A DNA stretch of 64,000 nt from a virus (IMGVR_UViG_3300020156_000448:32001-96000), one strand, 5' to 3'. Positions 49,762-58,320 are shown, numbered from the stretch's first letter. Numbers and translations are program-made. The notes: generated by a model from the letters alone, not told the origin.

Positions 49762-49792
49762 TTGTATACATCTGTGCAATGTATATATTTAC
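49762..49792. promoter_or_regulatory. conserved element TTGTATACA-N7-AATGTATATATTTAC
   Basis: Same 9+15 bp arms and spacing as 63776-63806; intergenic. Confidence 0.7.
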
Positions 49793-49813
49793 ATATAAAA
49801 ACAAGATAGAAGA

Positions 49814-50767
49814 TTATCCATCTACTATCTTGTCTAGATTCTTCTTAATGATATTTTCCAAGAAATCCTGCTTCTGATCATCGGTCCATTTGGTTCTTGC
49901 TCTCACCAAAAATTCCACAGCCTCTTCTCCTACGATAAACAAAAGCACGTAAATATGAAAAGCCAAATAACTAGAATTCTGCTCGTCTTTAGTGATGTCA
50001 TATTCTAGAAAATTTGATTCGATTCTAGCTAACTTCTTGTAAATTGAATTAAGATCAATATTGTTGCTCTCAACAGCTAGATTTTTACACTGTTTATAAA
50101 TAAGGTTCTTAATATCAAAATCTTGCGCTAAACGTGCATTAATTTTTTCAGGGTTAAAATCTGTACCGAACAGTTCATCAATATAAGCGTTCTGCTTTTC
50201 CTGATCGACAGCATCTTTCTCAACTTCAATTTCACGCATAATTGGTGTTCCGTCAATGCCTTTAAGACCTGTCTCAACCTTTTCTTTCACCACTTGTTTA
50301 GAAATAAAACGCTCTGCGGTTACTTCTGCAACCCACGTCTTAGCACGATCTATCCATTCATCATCAGGAATCATGCCGTAAGTACGGCAATTTGTCCATC
50401 TGTGACTATAGATGCTGCATGCATTAGTTTCCTGATCTAAAAGGACGCATGGCTTGGAATGATTATTATTTAGCACAGCTTCGTAGCACTTAAAAATCAT
50501 TTCTTTTACGCGATCCTTCTTCCACGTTTGAAGGATGTGCTGATATGCATGAATAAATTCTACGAAGTATAGCGGGGGCGATGCCTTACGACAGCATTCA
50601 GCCACGACTTCATGACCGACACCACCTTTAATGGGACACCCAAGACACTTACTAAGAGGCACCTTTTCGTGTACCTGAGTTTTTAATGCAGCAGAATGAG
50701 ACATAAGCCTCATTTCTTGCATATTTACTTTATTGATATCAAACAAGTCTTTAATTCCTTTGCGCAT
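49814..50767 (-). CDS. YkgJ-family cysteine-cluster (Fe-S/Zn) protein
   Basis: C..C.........CC, PCVLLD....CSIY..R...CRTYG. Confidence 0.75.
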   Translation of the reverse strand: MRKGIKDLFDINKVNMQEMRLMSHSAALKTQVHEKVPLSKCLGCPIKGGVGHEVVAECCRKASPPLYFVEFIHAYQHILQTWKKDRVKEMIFKCYEAVLNNNHSKPCVLLDQETNACSIYSHRWTNCRTYGMIPDDEWIDRAKTWVAEVTAERFISKQVVKEKVETGLKGIDGTPIMREIEVEKDAVDQEKQNAYIDELFGTDFNPEKINARLAQDFDIKNLIYKQCKNLAVESNNIDLNSIYKKLARIESNFLEYDITKDEQNSSYLAFHIYVLLFIVGEEAVEFLVRARTKWTDDQKQDFLENIIKKNLDKIVDG

Positions 50768-50849
50768 TTTTGGTTAATAAAGCTATATGTAATATATGCG
50801 TCTATACTTCTTATAGTAGCATAGTAGCATTTTTATGCTAATAAAAATT

Positions 50850-50885
50850 AAAAAAAACCAAGAGTATATATTATACCCTTGGTTT
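50850..50885 (-). terminator. Rho-independent terminator
   Basis: AAACCAAGGGTATA/TATACTCTTGGTTT stem plus T-run on the minus strand. Confidence 0.78.
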
Positions 50886-50906
50886 CAATCTAATAACTAA
50901 GTGTTA

Positions 50907-51149
50907 TTAATAGTTTCTGTTGCTAGAACGATCAGCACGAAACTTAGGCACAAATGAGATTTTATCTCTATTGAACCCAATAACAGGAATGCCGTTAAGA
51001 CGACACATATTAATCGTTTCCTTGCCAAGAGGAGTTTCTACAGGCTTTGGGCGTAGACGATCCTTTAGACGATCTAGACGATCCTTCTTAGGTCTCTTTT
51101 TAGGAACCGACTTTTCACGTTCATTCCAGTTTAAATTATCCTTACTCAT
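50907..51149 (-). CDS. small basic hypothetical protein
   Basis: GGAG RBS; Lys/Arg-rich. Confidence 0.55.
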   Translation of the reverse strand: MSKDNLNWNEREKSVPKKRPKKDRLDRLKDRLRPKPVETPLGKETINMCRLNGIPVIGFNRDKISFVPKFRADRSSNRNY

Positions 51150-51193
51150 ATAAGAACTTTCTCCATTATGGATGTAATACTATTATTATACGC

Positions 51194-51227
51194 AAAAATA
51201 GACACCCAAATATAAGGTGTCTATTTT
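51194..51227. terminator. Rho-independent terminator (potentially bidirectional)
   Basis: AAAATAGACACC-N9-GGTGTCTATTTT. Confidence 0.8.
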
Positions 51228-51245
51228 CTTTTAAATTTATTAATT

Positions 51246-51887
51246 TTATTCATCAAGTGGAAGAATTCTCACTTGTGAACCCCTAATTGATTGCTTAAGC
51301 AATTTTATCTCACGACGCTGATACATAAACGCAATTAAACCAAAAGCTGCCAAAATGACGACAACGTATCCTATAGGATTATTATAGCTTGTAACTTGCT
51401 TAGAATTATTATCTCTGCCAGCGTTACTTTCCATTTTTGTTTCAATATTTCTTTGGAGCGCCGAAAAATTATTCTCCATTGTACTTACGACATTAGCGGT
51501 ATTGTTGATTGCAACTGTTAATGTGGTTAAAACTTCAGCTTGGGCTGTGGCAGTTGCGTTTAAATGTTTTATGGCATTTGCTTGCACGTCCATATTTGCT
51601 TGCACATTAGCTTCCATTCCTGTTAATCTGCCATTGATTCCGATCAATCCGTTTTGCTGCGCCTGAAAAGCCTCTTGCGTGTTCTTTAAAGCCTTTTTAA
51701 TGCTTCCAATGTCTTCACTATAGTCAGTGGTATCAATTCCGTTTGTTGGGGCTTCTGTGAAGATTGGCGGGGTGGGCTGAAAATTGTTTGTCTGCTCTTT
51801 GGGAGCCATAGTAGCGCAAGCGGTCATACTAAGAAGACCTAGTATGACCGCTGCATTTTTAACTATTTGTTTAATGTTGATTCTCAT
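51246..51887 (-). CDS. lipoprotein with coiled coil and C-terminal TM helix (unimolecular-spanin-like topology)
   Basis: Lipobox LSMTAC after a basic/hydrophobic signal; Ala/Gln/Asn heptads; TM IGYVVVILAAFGLIAFMY followed by QRREIK. Confidence 0.6.
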   Translation of the reverse strand: MRINIKQIVKNAAVILGLLSMTACATMAPKEQTNNFQPTPPIFTEAPTNGIDTTDYSEDIGSIKKALKNTQEAFQAQQNGLIGINGRLTGMEANVQANMDVQANAIKHLNATATAQAEVLTTLTVAINNTANVVSTMENNFSALQRNIETKMESNAGRDNNSKQVTSYNNPIGYVVVILAAFGLIAFMYQRREIKLLKQSIRGSQVRILPLDE

Positions 51888-51892
51888 GGTTG

Positions 51893-52165
51893 TTAGCGGA
51901 TGATAAAATCCGCCTGCTTTCCACCAGGAATATTTACAACAGAGCCTTCGATCTGAGGCATAGGTGCACCATCTTTAGCAATAACAACAGCGCGAAAATG
52001 CTGTGTGTCAGTTGTTGCTGTATCTACTTTTGATAGAGTTGTTGCATACTTTTCGGTTTCATAGCTTACAGAATTGTAGCCAAATTTTGCTCCCTTTGCA
52101 TACTGGCAACCTGCAACAGCCAAAACAGTAATAGCAAGAGTAATTGCGCAAAAAATCTTTTTCAT
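51893..52165 (-). CDS. small lipoprotein
   Basis: Start moved to ATG 52165 (AAGGAG RBS): MKKIFCAITLAITVLAVAGC lipobox. Confidence 0.75.
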   Translation of the reverse strand: MKKIFCAITLAITVLAVAGCQYAKGAKFGYNSVSYETEKYATTLSKVDTATTDTQHFRAVVIAKDGAPMPQIEGSVVNIPGGKQADFIIR

Positions 52166-52175
52166 ATAATTCTCC

Positions 52176-52574
52176 TTAATATGTTTTTGGTTCGGGGTTA
52201 GGTGTAGGTGTAGGAGTGGGAATTGGAGCAGGGGTTGGAATAGGCTCTGCAACAGGAACGGGCTTCTGGGATTGAGTCTGAAATACAGCATCTCCAGTAT
52301 TATTAACCACTTTGCCTAGACCGTCTCCAATAGAATCAGCACCAGCCACCACAGCAGGTGCCCACATGTTGCCTGTGACTATACCAGCGGAAGTTGATCC
52401 AATAACTTTTATCGACCTTATATCAGGCTTACTAACGTTAGAAATTTCAACACCATCTTGCTTTAAAGTACTAGTATTCTCTACAAGAAAATATACACCG
52501 CCACCTTTCGATGTTTGAAAGGCACATCCTGTAAACAATACACTTATCAAAATAAGCGCTGAGAATTTTTTCAT
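52176..52574 (-). CDS. lipoprotein with a Pro/Thr-rich tail
   Basis: MKKFSALILISVLFTGC lipobox; C-terminal PIPTPAPIPTPTPTPNPEP. Confidence 0.78.
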   Translation of the reverse strand: MKKFSALILISVLFTGCAFQTSKGGGVYFLVENTSTLKQDGVEISNVSKPDIRSIKVIGSTSAGIVTGNMWAPAVVAGADSIGDGLGKVVNNTGDAVFQTQSQKPVPVAEPIPTPAPIPTPTPTPNPEPKTY

Positions 52575-52801
52575 TAGTCCCCTCGTTCACGATAGATTGA
52601 ATCAACTACATCTTGGTAAGTTTTATCCTCATAGCGACGAGCACGCTTTTCTTCTTCCAATGCTCGCTCTGCTATAGTTTTTCTTACCGATTCACCACGA
52701 CAGCTTGTGCAAGTCTGGATTTTCTTTCCTTGAGAATTCATACCGCTAACCTCATGGAGAGTAATTGTGTTGCACTTGGAACAGCTTGTATAATGTGTCA
52801 T
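52574..52801 (-). CDS. small zinc-ribbon protein
   Basis: CSKC...H...CTSC. Confidence 0.6.
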   Translation of the reverse strand: MTHYTSCSKCNTITLHEVSGMNSQGKKIQTCTSCRGESVRKTIAERALEEEKRARRYEDKTYQDVVDSIYRERGD

Positions 52802-52835
52802 TTTTTCACCGCCTTTTCATAATCATAAATATTGT

Positions 52836-52860
52836 CTTCTTTATAGCGTTAATTTTTCCT
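52836..52860 (-). promoter_or_regulatory. candidate SigH-type promoter upstream of the lipoprotein unit
   Basis: Minus strand GAGGA-N17-GAAG in the intergenic gap. Confidence 0.45.
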
Positions 52861-53097
52861 CTACAAAGAGTACCAATATCTTTGATCTTTTGTTGTTATT
52901 TTAACTGAGCATTTTTGTTTATGACTGTTGCATAAATAAACTTCCGCCTTAAGAACATCTTTAATTAAAGGCAAGCTAGAACTACAGCCTGCGGATATGA
53001 TTCCAGAGAATAACTGCTCTAAATTAGAGACAGGTAATGCTCTAAGCATCTGTTCGCCGCATTCTAGGCAGGAAGGATTTGCAGTATAATTTTTCAT
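52861..53097 (-). CDS. small Cys-containing hypothetical protein
   Basis: CLEC...C..H; coupled start/stop. Confidence 0.5.
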   Translation of the reverse strand: MKNYTANPSCLECGEQMLRALPVSNLEQLFSGIISAGCSSSLPLIKDVLKAEVYLCNSHKQKCSVKITTKDQRYWYSL

Positions 53098-53513
53098 TAG
53101 AATCTTCTATGCTTGTGCTTTTGACTATAAAGAATATTATTCCAATGATCTACCATTGTTTCGACGAAACATAAATTTCTAATATAATCTAAAGGGGTAT
53201 ATCCAGCGTAAATCATGTTTTCTATATGACTATCATCAAAAAACTTACCTGCGCCTTTGCGATCAAGTGACCTCATTCCAGTATCTATAACTTCTCCAAC
53301 GGTTGCCTCTCCTGTTTTTATCGCCAAAACTTTTTCACGAAGCTTCCAATTGAGGAGATAGTCATAATTATTGAATGTAAGATGACAATCTGGACATACA
53401 TAAGTAACGGTTGTGTACTCTTCATCTACATTATGTGATTCTATATTAAAACTAAAACATTTAGGACACATTAAAACACTTGGCTTGTTATTAATCTTCT
53501 TCATTATATTCAA
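53097..53513 (-). CDS. zinc-ribbon hypothetical protein
   Basis: CPKC.S.NI...Y.CPDC. Confidence 0.6.
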   Translation of the reverse strand: MNIMKKINNKPSVLMCPKCFSFNIESHNVDEEYTTVTYVCPDCHLTFNNYDYLLNWKLREKVLAIKTGEATVGEVIDTGMRSLDRKGAGKFFDDSHIENMIYAGYTPLDYIRNLCFVETMVDHWNNILYSQKHKHRRF

Positions 53514-53901
53514 TCCTTATAATTGTATCGTAAATTACTTTTAGTAATCTTTCTAGTTTCACTCTGCTTCTTAGGTTTCTTCCAGTGGCTCTGAATCTCG
53601 CTGCGTCTTGCGCACCAATGCCAGGAAAGTCGGCTGAAGATATAATTCCCATATCACTTAAATTGATATGCAAAAATGTAGGACCATCTGGATCAAGCAA
53701 ATAACTGGCTGGATTTTCTTCCGTTTCAGGGGTATAGCCAAAATGAATTGGAGATGTAAACGCATCAATCAAGTCAAATCTTCTGTTCCGAAGAGCTTCT
53801 TCAATTGTATATTCTTGATCAGCCACAATTAGCTTGGTGTTTTCTCCATGCAAGTTGTTTATATATGCTAATGCTCTGGAAATTATAACTGCTTCATCCA
53901 T
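53491..53901 (-). CDS. hypothetical protein
   Basis: Operonic ORF. Confidence 0.55.
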   Translation of the reverse strand: MDEAVIISRALAYINNLHGENTKLIVADQEYTIEEALRNRRFDLIDAFTSPIHFGYTPETEENPASYLLDPDGPTFLHINLSDMGIISSADFPGIGAQDAARFRATGRNLRSRVKLERLLKVIYDTIIRIEYNEED

Positions 53902-54140
53902 TAGAGTTTCCTCATTTTAGGAAGTGTATTAAACTTCTTTATATTATCTGCATCAATCCAATCCATTCGGTTCAACTGTTTACACTCAGGACAAGCATAA
54001 GTGATTGACCCTTCTTTAAAGGAAAGTCTTACTGGCACTATGTTGGTGTTATTTTCATCGCCAACAAGACCTGTATCCATTGTGGAAAAGCTATGATTAC
54101 ATTCGGCGCACTCAAATACGAAAGCAGCTATATATGCCAT
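53901..54140 (-). CDS. small zinc-ribbon protein
   Basis: CAEC...CPEC. Confidence 0.6.
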   Translation of the reverse strand: MAYIAAFVFECAECNHSFSTMDTGLVGDENNTNIVPVRLSFKEGSITYACPECKQLNRMDWIDADNIKKFNTLPKMRKL

Positions 54141-54143
54141 AAA

Positions 54144-54653
54144 TTAACTCCTAAAGTCTCTTGATGGTCTTAGTCCGAAATTACGCGCCTTACTTTGATC
54201 ACTGGCGCTCATTCCATCCCACTGTGCGTTAGGAACAACAGTTCCTCCTCGTGACTGGACGCCAACTTGATCAGCAGCTTCTTTAGTGCTGAGACCCATG
54301 CTACGCCTCTTGGCTCGGTCTTCACGCATCTTTTCCATCATCTTCTTATGCTTGCCCTGATACTTCATTCCTTTATTATCTTTGGTAAACCATCCCTGAC
54401 CTTTAAAGATAATCTGTGGAGCATAAATAACCCTTTCTATTTCGCCGCAATCATCCTTCAGACAATCTTCAGAAAAAGACTGTGCACCGTCTTCAAATAA
54501 CAGATGTTCTCCACCAGCTATTTGTAAATCGGAAGCATCTTCATTGGCTAAATGATATTCAATTAACTCTTTCATTTCATTAAACTTAACAGCCATGGGA
54601 TGATCTATCTGATAGATATTACCATGCTTTTTGCAGCAGTATGCATATTTCAT
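54144..54653 (-). CDS. FmdB-family zinc-ribbon protein with an insertion
   Basis: Y.Y.C..HG, C...C.G.IERVI.AP.IIFKG.GWF..D. Confidence 0.65.
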   Translation of the reverse strand: MKYAYCCKKHGNIYQIDHPMAVKFNEMKELIEYHLANEDASDLQIAGGEHLLFEDGAQSFSEDCLKDDCGEIERVIYAPQIIFKGQGWFTKDNKGMKYQGKHKKMMEKMREDRAKRRSMGLSTKEAADQVGVQSRGGTVVPNAQWDGMSASDQSKARNFGLRPSRDFRS

Positions 54654-55051
54654 TTGTTTTCTTCTCCTAATATGAATCCTGTAGAGAAAGGGCGTCTAGG
54701 TTGATATTGACCACACCACTTTACCTCTGTGCCAATCACTACATTTGTATCTAGAAACTTTAATATTACATCATCTAGGGCATCCAGTATTGGACAATCA
54801 TCCTTATGTATGCATTCGTGCTGAGTACCTACGCCACAATGAGAAGTAACAATCACTGCCGAGGGCTGAGAGTTATCATGACGCATATGTGCTTCAGTAG
54901 CATCAGGCATTGTTTCTGTCTTGATAACAATCTCTTTCTCAGGAGCCACAGTTGGCTCTAAAGCAGGAGGAAGTGGAACAGATTCTTCAATTAATGAAGA
55001 ATCATTTTCCGAATAAACTTTTATTGGCTTATAATTATTGCGCTTCGCCAT
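54650..55051 (-). CDS. hypothetical protein
   Basis: C-terminal ECIH...C...WC..Y Cys/His cluster. Confidence 0.55.
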   Translation of the reverse strand: MAKRNNYKPIKVYSENDSSLIEESVPLPPALEPTVAPEKEIVIKTETMPDATEAHMRHDNSQPSAVIVTSHCGVGTQHECIHKDDCPILDALDDVILKFLDTNVVIGTEVKWCGQYQPRRPFSTGFILGEENK

Positions 55052-55736
55052 TTTCTACACTTCCCGCTTTGATGTTTCTTATTTCATCTCTGATCTGAGC
55101 AGCCAACTTATAATCTTTGTGGTAAATAGCTTCTTTTTTATCTTTTTCCAGCTTTGTCAAAATATCTTCTGTTGTCAATCCAGAAGACGCCTTTGCCCTT
55201 TGGTCGGAAATATTCTTCCTCTTCTCTTGAAGAATATTTATATACTGTGAAATCTCATCTCTAAATTCATAAAAGCAAAATGCGCAACCTTGCATATCTT
55301 GTCTTAGAAATCTATCTAGTAAGATTCCACAACACCGACATCTTCCAGAGAGGACGTGAACCGAAAAAACATGCTCTGGATCAATTAGGATATCCATTTC
55401 CGAATCAAGCCCAGTATCATTGATTGAACTACGAACAAAAGATGGAAGCTGATCATATAAAAAGCTGTCCCTACGTGGAGATAGAGAAGTGATATTATCT
55501 ACTTTGTTTCTGGTGACATACTCAATATCATCATATGATACTGAATTCTTTTCCATAACATCCCTTAACCAGTCCACCAATTCTCTGGAATCGGCTTTAA
55601 AGCCTTCTCTCATACTACCAAAACAAGCCTTACATAATGGAACAAAAGATATACGGCAGTCATCTTTAGCTGCATAGCTAATTTCTGCCGTTTTCTTATT
55701 GCATTTTGCACACATTGGTCGCTGCTTCTTATCCAT
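55035..55736 (-). CDS. mcsA: McsA-like protein (CxxC repeats plus UvrB/UvrC coil)
   Basis: CAKC...A....LCKAC, CRCCG....F....GCAFC...F, EAI...DY..AAQIRDEI. Confidence 0.8.
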   Translation of the reverse strand: MDKKQRPMCAKCNKKTAEISYAAKDDCRISFVPLCKACFGSMREGFKADSRELVDWLRDVMEKNSVSYDDIEYVTRNKVDNITSLSPRRDSFLYDQLPSFVRSSINDTGLDSEMDILIDPEHVFSVHVLSGRCRCCGILLDRFLRQDMQGCAFCFYEFRDEISQYINILQEKRKNISDQRAKASSGLTTEDILTKLEKDKKEAIYHKDYKLAAQIRDEIRNIKAGSVENGEAQ

Positions 55737-55749
55737 TAACTAATCTCCA

Positions 55750-57846
55750 TTATTTGTTTAAACTATTATACAGCTTTTCTGCTCTTTTTAAACCCAGAAT
55801 ACTGATAACTTTCTCTTTATTGTTTAATATATCTTGTTTATTACATATGCCTTCAGCATACAATCTTTCTGCGAACACTCTTCCAATTTCAGGCAAACTA
55901 ACCAATGGGACATATTTTCTTTGAACGCCATATTGTAGTCTTAGGCGTAGAACATCCCACTCCATAGGGTCGTACTTCCAGCCAACCACTTGGCTAGATT
56001 TTGCTGCCATTGGTCTGCCGTACTTAATATGCATCAATTTCAACGTAGCAAATACACGCTCTAAATCAGATAATAACGCGAAGTGCAAGCTACGCAAACA
56101 ATCGTCTGGATCAATGCCTTTCAGCATATACCAATAAACAGCAGCTACCTTAGTTTGCGGACCCATAAATCCAAGCCTTTTGGCAATGTCTGTCACCATA
56201 GAAGATTCTTTTTCAGCGTTTGATAAAAAGGCACCCGATTCAGGTTTATAACCAAAAACGTTTGCTAATGCCCAGCAAACCTTAATGTCATTTTCTTCCA
56301 TACGATAATGATTATCACCAGTGGCTTTTATCCCAATATTTACTATTTCGGAGAAATTCGTAAACCAATCTGCCACATCAAGAGGGTCCATATACATTGC
56401 GCTTGTGATCGCTCCAAGCTGCGTGGTTTCCCACTTGTTCTCTTCTTCATTAAAGCGAATCATTCTCTTGTGACGCAAGAAGTTCAGAACCTGTTCGCAA
56501 GTCTCTTCTGTCAAAAGGTCATTTTGAACAGCAGCCAGAGAACGTTCATACCAAGTATAAAGGTCTTCCTTATTGCAAATCTTGCCTGAGTTAATTTCAT
56601 TAACTACATGAAACATCAGTGTCTTTGGGTCATTGAGCTTTGATCTAATCTCAAAGCCGCCAGTAATTCTCTTTATCTCGTTAAATGATTTACTTGCAGG
56701 AATTAAGATATATGCATCGCCTTCCGTGTGGAACTTAATACGTCCTGCACGTCCGCATGCCTGTTCTATATCAGCAGTATCCATTTCTTCTAAGCCATAT
56801 GAGGTATGCGCTAAAATGACTCTTCTAGCGTTTACGTTTACACCCCAAGCCAAAGTACTTGATGCTACTAATACTTGAATCTTTCCGCTATCAAAGTCAT
56901 CTTGAATTTCTTTCTTTTTCGCTGGTGTAAGATCGGCGTTATGAAAATCTGAAGTAAAGCCTCTTCTATTGAGAATTTCTGCAAATTTCTTTCCCCAGTT
57001 TTTATTTCCAGCAAACACCAAAAATTGATCATTGGGAAAACGAGACACAATATCCAATGCTGCTTGCATCCGCATTACTTCCAAATCCTGATAGCGCTTC
57101 TTTTTATTTTCAGCCATGTCATTAAACTCAATAAAATGCTTATTAAGTTTACATGGTCTATAATCGGATTTAACGAGCACTGCATTACGGCGCGTCATTC
57201 TTTTTAGCCATACAACATAATCATTGGCATTTGGAACCGTCGCGCTCATTAATACAATTCTGCACTTTGGATTGTTTTCATTAAAGCGCATTAAAGCAGT
57301 CTCTAAGCGAGGACCGCGACCTTTGGAGCCAATTAGGTGTGATTCATCAACTACAAGAACTCCAACGTCATGAAGCCACTTATTACTATGATAATTGCGG
57401 GTTTTGCTATCAAGCATTTCAGAAGTACATACAACAATATGAGAATCATGCAGTTGCGCAGCTTTTTGCGCATTCATCTGATGATCTCCAGTCAGTACCG
57501 CAATTTTAAGATTACCAAAAGAATGGCGCTCTTCTGACCAATCATGAAGCTTTTCTTCAGCCAAAGCCTTCATTGGAGCAAGGTATATGGCTCTCTTCTT
57601 ATATTCTCCAGAACGTATATTTTGAGCAATAGCTAATTCTGCCACTACAGTCTTGCCTGCGCAAGTTGGAGCAAGAACAACCACATGATTATCTTCTTTA
57701 TCTACTTCTGCCGCAAATTTGCTTTGAAATGGATTAAGGTGACTAAAATCATACTTAACCAAATGGGATACGCAAGAAGTTCTAACGCATTCCGATTGCG
57801 GATTATGTGCTCCTAAAGGCTGTATTTTATCTGTAATAATTTCCAT
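55750..57846 (-). CDS. Ski2/Hel308-like SF2 DExH helicase
   Basis: APTCAGKT, YLAPMKALA.EK, VDESH, MSAT, RP..L, FHNADL, SSTLAWGVN, Q.CGRAGR, C-terminal HhH (LPEIG...A..LY..GI). Confidence 0.9.
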   Translation of the reverse strand: MEIITDKIQPLGAHNPQSECVRTSCVSHLVKYDFSHLNPFQSKFAAEVDKEDNHVVVLAPTCAGKTVVAELAIAQNIRSGEYKKRAIYLAPMKALAEEKLHDWSEERHSFGNLKIAVLTGDHQMNAQKAAQLHDSHIVVCTSEMLDSKTRNYHSNKWLHDVGVLVVDESHLIGSKGRGPRLETALMRFNENNPKCRIVLMSATVPNANDYVVWLKRMTRRNAVLVKSDYRPCKLNKHFIEFNDMAENKKKRYQDLEVMRMQAALDIVSRFPNDQFLVFAGNKNWGKKFAEILNRRGFTSDFHNADLTPAKKKEIQDDFDSGKIQVLVASSTLAWGVNVNARRVILAHTSYGLEEMDTADIEQACGRAGRIKFHTEGDAYILIPASKSFNEIKRITGGFEIRSKLNDPKTLMFHVVNEINSGKICNKEDLYTWYERSLAAVQNDLLTEETCEQVLNFLRHKRMIRFNEEENKWETTQLGAITSAMYMDPLDVADWFTNFSEIVNIGIKATGDNHYRMEENDIKVCWALANVFGYKPESGAFLSNAEKESSMVTDIAKRLGFMGPQTKVAAVYWYMLKGIDPDDCLRSLHFALLSDLERVFATLKLMHIKYGRPMAAKSSQVVGWKYDPMEWDVLRLRLQYGVQRKYVPLVSLPEIGRVFAERLYAEGICNKQDILNNKEKVISILGLKRAEKLYNSLNK

Positions 57847-57863
57847 TTATACTCACATAATAC

Positions 57864-57905
57864 GCTTGAAATTAGAAAGAAAATCATTTCTCTCTAATTT
57901 CAAGC
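57864..57905. repeat. 13-bp inverted repeat / stem-loop (terminator or operator)
   Basis: GCTTGAAATTAGA...TCTAATTTCAAGC; no clear poly-T on the minus strand. Confidence 0.65.
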
Positions 57906-57912
57906 ACAAGAT

Positions 57913-58320
57913 TTAAACCTGAATAATTCCCTGGGATTCTAAGTCATCTGTTATAACCGAAATAGAATCATCAACAGTAGGATAAATAGAAATAATAATA
58001 CCAGTTCTTGTAATGCCTGCAATAATGGGTCTTGGCTCCATAAACACAGCATCAAAATGAACCTTTATACCGTCTTGCTCAAGAATATCAGTAGCGCAGA
58101 TCAGCCCCTTCATTCCTTGCCAAGTTGGACCATGCAGAACACAATGCAATTCGCAGTATCCGAATTCTTTTATATTCCCCACGATAGTCTTTGCTAATCT
58201 CTTAGGCGGAGTGTCTGCGGCGACCATTAACTTGGGACTGTCGGGTTTGGTTCTTTTAAAACCTTCCTCATCAAGCTTTATAGTATCCAATTCGATGGTA
58301 TTTTTCTTTATGTCTTCCAT
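57913..58320 (-). CDS. spoVS: SpoVS-like protein
   Basis: L.VAA.T.P..LA..I.G..KE.G..EL..V..G...Q..K....A...L...GI......F.......RT.I matches the SpoVS pattern. Confidence 0.65.
   Translation of the reverse strand: MEDIKKNTIELDTIKLDEEGFKRTKPDSPKLMVAADTPPKRLAKTIVGNIKEFGYCELHCVLHGPTWQGMKGLICATDILEQDGIKVHFDAVFMEPRPIIAGITRTGIIISIYPTVDDSISVITDDLESQGIIQV

Noticed and set aside
49779-49794. LexA SOS box or NrdR box reading of ATGTATATATTTACAT
   Set aside because: It lacks the CTG/CAG ends of the proteobacterial SOS box, the 63793 copy is not palindromic, and the match to the NrdR consensus is poor; kept only as an unassigned motif.
51893-52291. ORF-track start sites for several genes (52291, 11503, 30397, 41590, 63774)
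   Set aside because: Downstream starts (52165, 11446, 30370, 41575, 63693) have better RBSs or restore a signal peptide and reduce overlaps.
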